Origin: Candidatus Latescibacterota bacterium
Lineage (GTDB): Bacteria > Latescibacterota > UBA2968 > UBA8231
Length of the DNA stretch: 64,000 nucleotides
Reading direction: 5' to 3'
NCBI GenBank assembly: GCA_964291625.2
Contig: OZ220089.1
Coordinates: 2,336,001 to 2,400,000 of the forward strand
The position numbers and the translations under genes are program-made. Shown here in pieces: positions 35,301 through 42,762 of the stretch; positions within the stretch are counted from its first letter, which is position 1; every line of letters starts with the position of its first letter. The notes beneath the pieces are model-generated. The model saw only the letters and a list, made by a program, of their open reading frames with translations, was not told the origin of the DNA and searched no databases.

Positions 35301-35701
35301 TCCTCGTCCACTACATCGACATCCTGCGCCGCCGCGACGGGCTCGACCGCCAGGCCGCCCTCCTCCGCGCCGGCCGCACCCGCCTGCGCCCCGTGATCCT
35401 GACGGCGGTCACCACCGCCCTCGGCCTGGTGCCGCTGGCCATCGGCCTCAACTTCGACTTCTTCGGCCTCTTCGGCAGCCTCGACCCCAACCTCTACTGG
35501 GGCGGCGAGCAGGCCGCCTGGTGGGGCCCCATGGCGATCGCCGTCATCGTCGGCATCCTCTTCGCCACCTTCCTGACCCTGATCCTCGTGCCGGTCATGT
35601 ACTCGCTGACCGACGACATGGGGCGGTTCCTGTCCCGCCACTTCTCGGCGGGCGGAGGTCAGGCGGAGACGGGGGGAGGCGCTCCGGTTCCGGGCGGTTG
35701 A
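32306..35701 (+). CDS. RND efflux permease (AcrB/AcrD/AcrF family)
   Basis: YPGVSP, STSVEG, GMLVDNAIVIVEN, GIVVNNAIVL, RLRPVILT. Confidence 0.96.
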   Translation: MTDRPGVDAFDELPLTSWAVRHGTSVLVLFAIIALAGVAAYRTVPKEAFPQIEIPVIAVNTIYPGVSPKDMESLVTRELEQELKTIPDLKELTSTSVEGYSSIVAEFSTDVDLHEAMRLVREKVDLAKGELPADAEEPRIYEFDFEDVPILQVNLSGDYGLVRLKQLGEELQDRLEQIPSVLRVDLRGGREREVQVDVSLPRLLYYGLTLKDVVETVRDENVNIPGGSIDVGELKFLVRVDGEIDDPRSIGDLVVAAPEGRPVYVRDLADVDFGFAERRSYARLDGRPVVTLDVIKRTGENIIETADAVRAVIAGMELELPPTTVVKTTSDMSRDIRMMVSSLENNILSGLLLIVGVLLFFLGVRTSVFVGVAIPTSMLLSFLVLGLLGVTMNMVVLFSLILALGMLVDNAIVIVENTYRYVEEGWDRAEAARKATGEVALPVIASTLTTLAAFSPLLFWSGTVGEFMRYLPMTLIVTLASSLFVALVIVPVLCSRWLRLEGERPPGLPRTGRLALIGLALLAAAGLAAVNALTAALLAATAAAAILAHRLVLGPLAHRFQGADLPWLIDRYEGALSWALGHRLVVVAGSVAVLVVMVAAFGRFNSGIVFFPEDIPPRQVWVDAQAPVGTRVEYLDGIARDLELQVRDVEGFEDAESAVTTVGAGGSPLIGGTSGANDARVMVNFTEYHERRFDSFETLARMQERVGREIAGAEISVDKPVDGPPQGAPVNIEIVGKDPRVLKDLSDRVLQILRSSPVAPKLSGLESDLDEARPELAVHVDRERAAMYGLSTAKVAGVVRTAVQGMEASRYRTGNDEYDVVVRLAEPWRKDLESLRDLVVQNGPGEPIPLVSVAHWTVGEGLGSIRRKDMDRMATISSDVRAGLNKNAVFFEVQETLAPFVASELPPGYTVRYTGQQEEQGEAMEFLATAFLAALGLIAFILVTQFNSVIKPVIILTSVIMSTAGVLLGLMVFRMPFGIIMTGVGVISLAGIVVNNAIVLVHYIDILRRRDGLDRQAALLRAGRTRLRPVILTAVTTALGLVPLAIGLNFDFFGLFGSLDPNLYWGGEQAAWWGPMAIAVIVGILFATFLTLILVPVMYSLTDDMGRFLSRHFSAGGGQAETGGGAPVPGG

Positions 35702-35733
35702 CCAAGCCGGGACTCGAAAGAGCATCACAAATC

Positions 35734-36774
35734 ATGGACGGCAATAGGAACAAAAAACGACTCGGTCTGGCCGTTGCGTTAGTCCTGGCAGCGACCTCGG
35801 CAGAGGCGGAGACCGCCAGCAAACTCCTGTTTTCCGGATGTGGGGGTCTGTGCCTTCTGGACCCCGACAACGTCGAAGCGGGCCCGACTCCCTTCCTGTC
35901 TCCAGACCATATCGACGAGTTTGCCCGGGATTTTGCGGGGTGGTGTTTTCAGCATGCATGGTCGCTTGACGGCGATAGAGTCGTGTTCGTAACTGCTACT
36001 GGATTGCCGCCGAACAGCGACATATGGAGTATCCGTTCAGACGGTACCGACCTGCGGCAGCTTGTGCGACAGAGACGCAAGTGTGAGGTTGATGGCTCCT
36101 GGCGTACCGAGGATGAGAGATACGATCTGTGCCTGCCCAGCTTTTACTATGGGATTTCCTGGTCGCCCCATGGATCGGAGATTGCTTTCATGGATTACAA
36201 GACTATCTCCTTCCTGAAGCCGCAGGACGAGATCCAGGAAGAACCATCGGATTATGTGGATGTCTTCATGTTTGCAAGGCGCACAGGAAAACTGCAAGGG
36301 TACGCTCATTCTGTCGATTGGGCTCCCAGTGGCCGCATCTATTACTGTAGTGGCGATTGGGACGGTCGGGAGATATGGTCTGTTTCCCGGGACGGAACAG
36401 ATTCTCAGTTCGTACACCAGGGATGCTCTCCTGAGGTGTCTCCGGATGGGACGATGATTTCCTTCCTTAGCGCCGATGGGCTTGAGACCACTGGCGTGTT
36501 CGTTGTGAACATCGACGGCTCCAATCCGAGATTTGTTTCGAAGGGTGTACGTTCCTCCTGGTCTCCTGATTCCAGACGCCTTGCCGTTATTGAGGTCACG
36601 GGGAGACGGAGTGGACTGATCAAGCTCATCAATGCCGATGGAGCCAACCCGGTTGTTGTGCATGAGTTTACGGACGACGTTGTGGATGATGTAGACTGGT
36701 CTCCCTGGCTGGGCGCTCCCACCAAGGTATCCCCAGCCTCCTGGGGCCATCTGAAACAGGGGCTGGCTCCATGA
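35734..36774 (+). CDS. Secreted TolB-like (PD40) beta-propeller protein with C-terminal WGxLK tail
   Basis: Signal peptide; repeated WSPDG-like blades; ends PTKVSPASWGHLKQGLAP; low-GC islet. Confidence 0.85.
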   Translation: MDGNRNKKRLGLAVALVLAATSAEAETASKLLFSGCGGLCLLDPDNVEAGPTPFLSPDHIDEFARDFAGWCFQHAWSLDGDRVVFVTATGLPPNSDIWSIRSDGTDLRQLVRQRRKCEVDGSWRTEDERYDLCLPSFYYGISWSPHGSEIAFMDYKTISFLKPQDEIQEEPSDYVDVFMFARRTGKLQGYAHSVDWAPSGRIYYCSGDWDGREIWSVSRDGTDSQFVHQGCSPEVSPDGTMISFLSADGLETTGVFVVNIDGSNPRFVSKGVRSSWSPDSRRLAVIEVTGRRSGLIKLINADGANPVVVHEFTDDVVDDVDWSPWLGAPTKVSPASWGHLKQGLAP

Positions 36775-36965
36775 CATTGTACCCATCCCAACACCAACGG
36801 TCCGTGTAGGCAGATCCGGACCCCCAGATTGTGGTTGCGGACGAGGTCCTTCACCTCAACCAACCGGATGCTTCTCAGCAGTTCGAAGGCTCCCCCCTAC
36901 AGGTCCGGTCCACGATTCGGGTCCAGCCCCACGCGGGCCAGACCGGAGTGCCGCGAGGTTCGGCC

Positions 36966-37316
36966 ATGAGATTCGGTGACTTCGTCGAGGATCAGGTGTT
37001 TTCGCCTGCGCTCGTCGCCAACGCGTTGCGCACCACCAAGTCGGAGATCGCAGGCACGTTGGGCCTCGAAGAGGACGCATTTTCGAGCGCATCTCGGGTC
37101 AGGGCCCGGAAGACACAGACTCGTCTGCGCCAGATGCTGGAGATTCTGAACCGCGTCGAAGACGCCTCCGCATCCCCGCTTGCCGCATACACCTGGTTCC
37201 GCGCCGAGCCACTGCCCGGATTCGGTGGCGCCACCCCGGATCAGCTGCTGCGCGAAGGCAGGGCGGATCAGGTGCATGCCTGTCTCGACCGGATCATGGC
37301 CGGGGGCTATGCCTGA
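36966..37316 (+). CDS. Xre/MbcA/ParS-type antitoxin (DUF2384-like)
   Basis: N-terminal HTH; AYTWFRAEPLPGFGGATPDQLL...GGYA C-terminus typical of RES-toxin antitoxins. Confidence 0.82.
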   Translation: MRFGDFVEDQVFSPALVANALRTTKSEIAGTLGLEEDAFSSASRVRARKTQTRLRQMLEILNRVEDASASPLAAYTWFRAEPLPGFGGATPDQLLREGRADQVHACLDRIMAGGYA

Positions 37317-37377
37317 GTCCCTGGCGGACCGTCTGATCGTCGGGAAGCCAGGCGGCTGCACCGGGACGGGCGACTGA
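37309..37377 (+). pseudogene. Possible 5' stub of the cognate RES toxin
   Basis: ATG overlaps the antitoxin end in toxin position, but the frame closes after 22 aa; identity inferred from position only. Confidence 0.3.
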
Positions 37378-37379
37378 CA

Positions 37380-37701
37380 CGCACCGCGGCTGCCGTACGG
37401 CTCCCGGGCTCCGGCCCAACGCGCCAGATGTTCCACAGGACCCCGGCGATTCCATCGGCGCATGTCCTCGGTGTAGTAGGCTGATGCGAAGGCCTGGACA
37501 GGCCTCCGAGATGGCCAGTCCCTTCTCCGCCGCCTCATCCTCGGACAGGCACAGCCGGCACCGACCCACCCCCCAGTCGTGATCACGGGACAGCTCGTCG
37601 TCCGTTCCCAGGCTGTCGGACCCGCCTCCCACGACGCCGGCGCTCAGCCGCTCCAGGACCCCGGGGAACTCCGACTCGAGGATGGGTACCTGGCAGTTCA
37701 T
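37380..37701 (-). pseudogene. Fragment of a DUF4037-like nucleotidyltransferase-fold gene
   Basis: AGVVGGGSDSLGTDDELSRDHDWG motif; similarity is lost after ~70 codons; 3' boundary approximate. Confidence 0.6.
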
Positions 37702-37845
37702 TCCCCCGTTCTCCTTGGTTCGCCGAGACCACAAACGGTCCTGAAATGAGACGGAAACGAGACGTGTGCATCCCTTGCATCTTGACATGAAAAACAATGA
37801 CTTAGGAATGGATGGATCCCGAATCGGGACGGAAATGAGCCGAAA

Positions 37846-39093
37846 ATGGAGACCCCGGCCATCAGCCGCTACACGGTACCGCAGCGGTGGATCCGCTACG
37901 ACCCCACGGGGGTCTTCGATCTGCTGGTTCAGGCCAAGGCCGCCGCCGGAGTCCTGAATCGAATGCCGTATCTGCCCCGATGGATCGAGCAGGTCCACGA
38001 GGAACAGTTGCGGCTGGAGGCGGCCGGCACCTCGCGCATCGAAGGCGCCGAGTTCACGCAGAGGGAGCAGGAGGAGGCCCTCGCTCCCGACCCTCCCGCA
38101 CACGCCGGCCTGACCCATTCCCAGCGGCAACTGCGAGCCGCCGACGCCACCTACCGCTGGATGCGCTCACAGCCGGCCGACCGGTGGATCACCACCGACT
38201 TCATCCTGGACATTCACCGGCGCATCGTGACCGGCTGCGACGACGATCACTGCGATCCCGGAGCGCTGTGCCCCCAGGGCTGGAACGTCGCCTTCGGCAC
38301 GCCACCCTGCCGGGGGGCCGAAGGCGGCGCCGAGTGCCGCTTCGCCTTCGATTCTCTCTGTGCCGCCATCGCCGGCGAGTTCAGGCAACACGACCGGATC
38401 ATCCAGGCCATCGCCATCCACTACCACCTGGGATCGATGCACCCCTTCGGCGACGGCAACGGCCGCACCGCCCGCGCGCTGGAGGCGTTCATGCTGCGGC
38501 AGGCCGGGGTCAACGACATGGTGATGGTCAGCCTCTCCAACTACTACTACGAGCACAAGGATGAGTACCTGGCGGCCCTCTTCGCCTCGCGGAGCGGAGG
38601 ACACGACCTGACTCCCTTCCTCCGATTCGCCCTCGGGGCGGTCGCCGAGCGCTGCCACGCGGTCGTGGAGGCGATCGCCATCTACCACCGGCGCACCCTG
38701 TTCCGGGAGTTCGCCCGATCCTTGTTCGGACAGCTCCGCAGTCCCCGCCGCCGGGTCCTGGCTGGGCGCCAACTGAGAGTCCTGGATGTCCTGCTGGAGG
38801 GCGGTTCCATCAGCGTGAATGAACTGGCGGACACGGTCCGGGGCGACTACGACGGCCTCAAGTTCCCTCTGCGCGCCTTTGTGCGGGATCTCGTCGGGCT
38901 GCTCGAGCTGTCCGCGATCACGCTTGACAACAACCGGGTCGCGGCCAATCTGGACTGGCCAAGGCAGTCTTCGGAATCGGAGCTGTTGGAACGGTTGGAG
39001 AGCATGCCCGCCGCGGCATCGGCCAGGAATCCGGCTATGGCGAAGTTGTCCCGGCTGCTGGGCCGGGACCGTGGGCTCGGTCCTCCCAGGTGA
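37846..39093 (+). CDS. Fic family protein (class II-like)
   Basis: HPFGDGNGRTAR catalytic motif; N-terminal TSRIEG inhibitory motif; probable C-terminal wHTH. Confidence 0.93.
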   Translation: METPAISRYTVPQRWIRYDPTGVFDLLVQAKAAAGVLNRMPYLPRWIEQVHEEQLRLEAAGTSRIEGAEFTQREQEEALAPDPPAHAGLTHSQRQLRAADATYRWMRSQPADRWITTDFILDIHRRIVTGCDDDHCDPGALCPQGWNVAFGTPPCRGAEGGAECRFAFDSLCAAIAGEFRQHDRIIQAIAIHYHLGSMHPFGDGNGRTARALEAFMLRQAGVNDMVMVSLSNYYYEHKDEYLAALFASRSGGHDLTPFLRFALGAVAERCHAVVEAIAIYHRRTLFREFARSLFGQLRSPRRRVLAGRQLRVLDVLLEGGSISVNELADTVRGDYDGLKFPLRAFVRDLVGLLELSAITLDNNRVAANLDWPRQSSESELLERLESMPAAASARNPAMAKLSRLLGRDRGLGPPR

Positions 39094-39105
39094 GTGGCAG
39101 GGAGA

Positions 39106-39843
39106 CTACTCCCCCTCCAGCGCCTTCAGCTCCGCCACCGCCCGTTCGTGGACGAACCCGTCGTAGACATCTCGCGCCGGGATTTCGACCGCCTTCTCCA
39201 GCAGCTCCCTCGCCCGTTCCCTGCCCTTCCTGCCGGCGAGCTTCGGCAGCCTGAGCGCATAGTCGAACAGCACCACCTTCGACCCCGGCGCCAGCTCCAG
39301 GGCGCGCTCGAAGTGGGCGGCCGCCTCCTTCTTGGTCGCCCCGTACATGACCCGGGCCATCATGCGCCCGGCGCGGCTGACGATGTCGGCGTTCCAGCCG
39401 CCGAGGGCCAAGTGCGCCAGGGCGTGGTCGGGATCGCGGGCGAGGGTGGCCTCGAACATCTTGCGAGTCTTGCCCCCGAGGCCCTTCCGGAGCGCCGTCA
39501 TGGTGCCGATGCTCTGCGCGTAGCGGCCGAGGGCGTGGCCCGACTGGAAGTACCCCTCGGGGTTGGCCGTATCCGCGCGCACCGCCTCCTCCCCCAGCTG
39601 CAGGGCGCGCTCGAACAGCTCCTTCTTCTCTTCCTCGGGAGCCGCGTAGTGCCCGTACACGGCGAGCGATCGCGCCGCCAGTGCATAGCCTTCCGTGGTC
39701 CCGGCGGCCTCGGCGATACCGGCCGCTTCGACGAAGCGGCCCTCCGCGAAAGCAGTCCTTGCCCCATCGATCGACTGCGCGTGGGCACCTGCCGCGAGCA
39801 CGAGCCCGACCGCGGCGACGCGGGCGAATCGGGAGTGGTTCAT
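39106..39843 (-). CDS. Secreted TPR-like helical protein
   Basis: Signal peptide ending AHA; helical repeats (ARDPDHALAHLALG, FERALELAPGS). Confidence 0.8.
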   Translation of the reverse strand: MNHSRFARVAAVGLVLAAGAHAQSIDGARTAFAEGRFVEAAGIAEAAGTTEGYALAARSLAVYGHYAAPEEEKKELFERALQLGEEAVRADTANPEGYFQSGHALGRYAQSIGTMTALRKGLGGKTRKMFEATLARDPDHALAHLALGGWNADIVSRAGRMMARVMYGATKKEAAAHFERALELAPGSKVVLFDYALRLPKLAGRKGRERARELLEKAVEIPARDVYDGFVHERAVAELKALEGE

Positions 39844-39958
39844 CAGTGTAGCCTCCGTGTTCGGGCTGTTGGACGCGACACTCGCATCGGGAATAGCGTT
39901 CTGCCGCAATCTATGCCGGAACGAAACCAGAGGATAGACGGTCAGGAGACCTTCACCG

Positions 39959-41203
39959 ATGTCTGACGCAACCAGGTCACTCCTCGCCTTCCTGCTCGCG
40001 GCGTTCCTGGCAGGATGCGGCGGGGACAAACCCCTCCGCTTCGAGGCCGGGCCTCTCGGCGCTGTCGAGGTCGGCCCGGCCGATGCGGTGCAAGTGCGCT
40101 CCATGCTGCCGCTCCCGGGCCTGCAGGACGTCTCCGAATCGATCCGGAAAGCGATCGAGCTGGCCATCGAGGACTTTGGCCCCATTCATGGCCGCACGGT
40201 GTCGCTCGGGCAGCCGGTGGATACCATGTGCTCGAGAGAAGGCGGCGAAGAGGGCGCGCGGCGCATCGTTGCCGACCCCCAGGTGGCCGGCGTCATCGGC
40301 CCGGCCTGCTCCGAGGCGTCGGTGGGTGCCTCCCCCGTGCTCAGCGCCGCCGGGCTGGTGACGATCTCCCCGGCAAGCGCCTCCCCCGGTCTCACGTCGG
40401 ATCTCGCCGGAAACCCCGGACCCGACTACCACCCCGGCTTCTACCGCGTGTACAGCAACGGCCTCTACCAGGCCCGGGCGGTCGCCCGGTTCGCCCACGG
40501 CGAGCTGGGCCTGCGGCGGATGGCGACCGTCCACGACGGCGACTCGTTCACCCACGGGCTCGCCACCTCCTTCGCCAACGCTTTCGCCGCGCTCGGCGGG
40601 GAAGTCGTCGCCATCGCCTCGGTCGGCAAGGGGGACACGGACATGAGTGCCGTGCTGGAGGATCTCGCCGATTCCGGGCCCGACGGCATCTTCCTGCCCC
40701 TCTTCGCGGCCGAGGCCGCTCACCTCGTCAGGCAGCTGAGGGAGCTCGTCGCCCTGAGAGGGGCCACCCTCATCGCCGGCTCGGCTGCGGGCACGTCGGA
40801 GTTCCTCGGGAGCCCGCCATCGGAAGGGGTCTACCTGTCCGGGCACGACTCGGACTTCGGCTCCAACGTCAACGAAGTGACCGGCAAGAACGCGGCCGCC
40901 CTCGCGGCCGCGTACGAGGCCGCGACGGACGCCAACTTCTTCTTCCACGCCTACGACGCCGCGACGCTGCTCCTCAAGGCCATCGAATCGACTGCGGTCG
41001 AGGAGGGTGGAGTGCTGCACATGGACCGCGCCGCCCTGCGCGAGGAGATCGGGGCTGCAGCGGGATTCCAGGGGATCATCGGCAAGCTCAGCTGCGACGA
41101 GTTCGGAGACTGCGGCACCGGAAGGGTGAACATCTACTTCCACGCGGACTCCAGCATCACCGACGTGGCGCAACTGCCGGTGGTCTACCGGTACGAGCCT
41201 TGA
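39959..41203 (+). CDS. LivK-like ABC substrate-binding lipoprotein
   Basis: Lipobox LAGC; VIGPACS, ISPASASPGLT, FYRV, AYDAA; no permease genes alongside. Confidence 0.9.
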   Translation: MSDATRSLLAFLLAAFLAGCGGDKPLRFEAGPLGAVEVGPADAVQVRSMLPLPGLQDVSESIRKAIELAIEDFGPIHGRTVSLGQPVDTMCSREGGEEGARRIVADPQVAGVIGPACSEASVGASPVLSAAGLVTISPASASPGLTSDLAGNPGPDYHPGFYRVYSNGLYQARAVARFAHGELGLRRMATVHDGDSFTHGLATSFANAFAALGGEVVAIASVGKGDTDMSAVLEDLADSGPDGIFLPLFAAEAAHLVRQLRELVALRGATLIAGSAAGTSEFLGSPPSEGVYLSGHDSDFGSNVNEVTGKNAAALAAAYEAATDANFFFHAYDAATLLLKAIESTAVEEGGVLHMDRAALREEIGAAAGFQGIIGKLSCDEFGDCGTGRVNIYFHADSSITDVAQLPVVYRYEP

Positions 41204-41216
41204 ACTGCGCCCCCCT

Positions 41217-42263
41217 TCAGCGGCCAGCCCTCTCGAAGGGGGACGGCTCCGGCAGCGTATCCAGGAGCACCTCCACCGGGGGCGTGAGCCACTCCGCCCG
41301 CGCGGCGGGGAGCACCGCCGTCAACCGGGCCCGGCCGTTGCGCACGTAGCGCTCCCCCGCGGCGGCGGCTCCCCCGACCTCCAGCACGTCGCGCACCCCC
41401 TCCTCGTCGGTCAGCTCCACCCTCGCGGCGCCGAAGCCGTATCCGGCGGAGGCCGCCGGGTCGACGAGGCGCTCCACCCGCACCTGCCGCAGGTAGGTGA
41501 GGTACTCCCAGACGCTGGCGTCGACGCAGTCCTCCTCCACCCCCGGCTCCCGCTCCAGCAGCCAGCGGTAACGCTCGCGCTCGCCCGCGGGCAGGGGCAG
41601 GGCCGGTGCATCTTCCGGCAGGGGGGCCAGCACCCGCCGCAGCCGGTAGGCCCCCTCCGGCGGCGCCGTCACCCGCACCTCGACCACGGGACCGCCGCGC
41701 TCGTCGCGGGGCAGCAGGTGGGGGTCGAGCATGGGGGGGCGGGCGGCGCCCACGGTGAGCAGGGGGTTGGCGTGCAGATGGAGGACGCTGTCCGAGCCGG
41801 CCCTGCGGACGTAGCTCTCGTCGCCGGACGGCCCCGGGACCCCCCTTCCGATCCAGATCTCCCCGAGGGACTCCCCGGCGTTGCCGGCCAGGGTCAGGCG
41901 CACGGCGCTCTGCTCGGAGAGCCCGAGGTCGTCGAAGTCGTCCTCGTCGGTGGTGACCAGCGTGCCGGCGGCGCCGAGCACCCCGTGGAGGAGCCGGTCC
42001 ACGCGCCCGGAGTGGGCGTAGGCGCCGAAGTAGGCGGGGAAGCGCCAGGTGCCGCCGCGGCGCTCGTAGACCCAGGGGGACGACCCCGGGACCTGCAGGG
42101 AGAGGGTGCGGACCCGGTCGGGCTCGACCTGCCCGGAGGCCGGCAGGATCGTCCGCAGGACCGCCGCCTCGGCGCGGCCGCTGTCCCGGGCCCGGCGCAG
42201 CCAGCCGTCCGCAGCGGCCAAGGCGGCCAGGACCGCGGCCAGCAGCAGCAGGTGGCGGATCAC
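41217..42263 (-). CDS. DUF4340-like protein of the Gld-type ABC cluster
   Basis: N-terminal TM at GTG 42263; two repeats ending IWIG..SYVR and LEVG..RYVR; standard position after gldG. Confidence 0.75.
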   Translation of the reverse strand: MIRHLLLLAAVLAALAAADGWLRRARDSGRAEAAVLRTILPASGQVEPDRVRTLSLQVPGSSPWVYERRGGTWRFPAYFGAYAHSGRVDRLLHGVLGAAGTLVTTDEDDFDDLGLSEQSAVRLTLAGNAGESLGEIWIGRGVPGPSGDESYVRRAGSDSVLHLHANPLLTVGAARPPMLDPHLLPRDERGGPVVEVRVTAPPEGAYRLRRVLAPLPEDAPALPLPAGERERYRWLLEREPGVEEDCVDASVWEYLTYLRQVRVERLVDPAASAGYGFGAARVELTDEEGVRDVLEVGGAAAAGERYVRNGRARLTAVLPAARAEWLTPPVEVLLDTLPEPSPFERAGR

Positions 42264-42762
42264 GGGCGCGGCCTCCCGGCCGCCGCGCCAGGGCCAGACC
42301 GCCAGGGCGAGGGGAGCGCCGGTCGAGGCCGCGGCCTCCGGACGGACGGACGCCGCCGCCAGAGCCCCGCCAGCGCGGGCAGAGCGCCGTTGAGCACGGC
42401 CGCCGCCCCCGGGGCGAGAGGGCGCCACCACCCCCTGAGCCCACCAGCGCGAGAGAGGCGCCGTTGAGCACGGCCACGCCCGCTGGACGCCCGCCACCTC
42501 CAGAGTCCCGCCAGCGCGAGCGAAGCGCCGTCGAGCACGCCACCGCCCCCGGCCGAGAGGGCGCCACCACCCCCAGAGCTCCACCTGCGCGAGCGAGGCG
42601 CCGTTGAGCACGGCCGCGCCCGCTGGAAGGGACGCCCGCCACCCCCCGGAACCCCCGGCGCGAGCGGAGCGCCGTCGATCATGGCCGCCGCCCCCGGTGC
42701 AAGGACCGCCGCCAGCGCCAGAGCCCCACCAGCGCGAGGGCCAGCGGAGCCCCGCCGATCAC
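42264..42762 (-). repeat. Degenerate tandem array (~67-80 bp unit) copied from the 3' end of the GldG-like gene
   Basis: GCGCCG(T/G)-anchored cores at 42316, 42384, 42458, 42525, 42598 and 42669, with the in-gene parent at ~42749. Confidence 0.85.

Noticed and set aside
42264-42762. CRISPR array interpretation of the regularly spaced repeats
   Set aside because: Repeats are degenerate, the intervening sequences resemble each other and the adjacent gene end, and there are no cas genes
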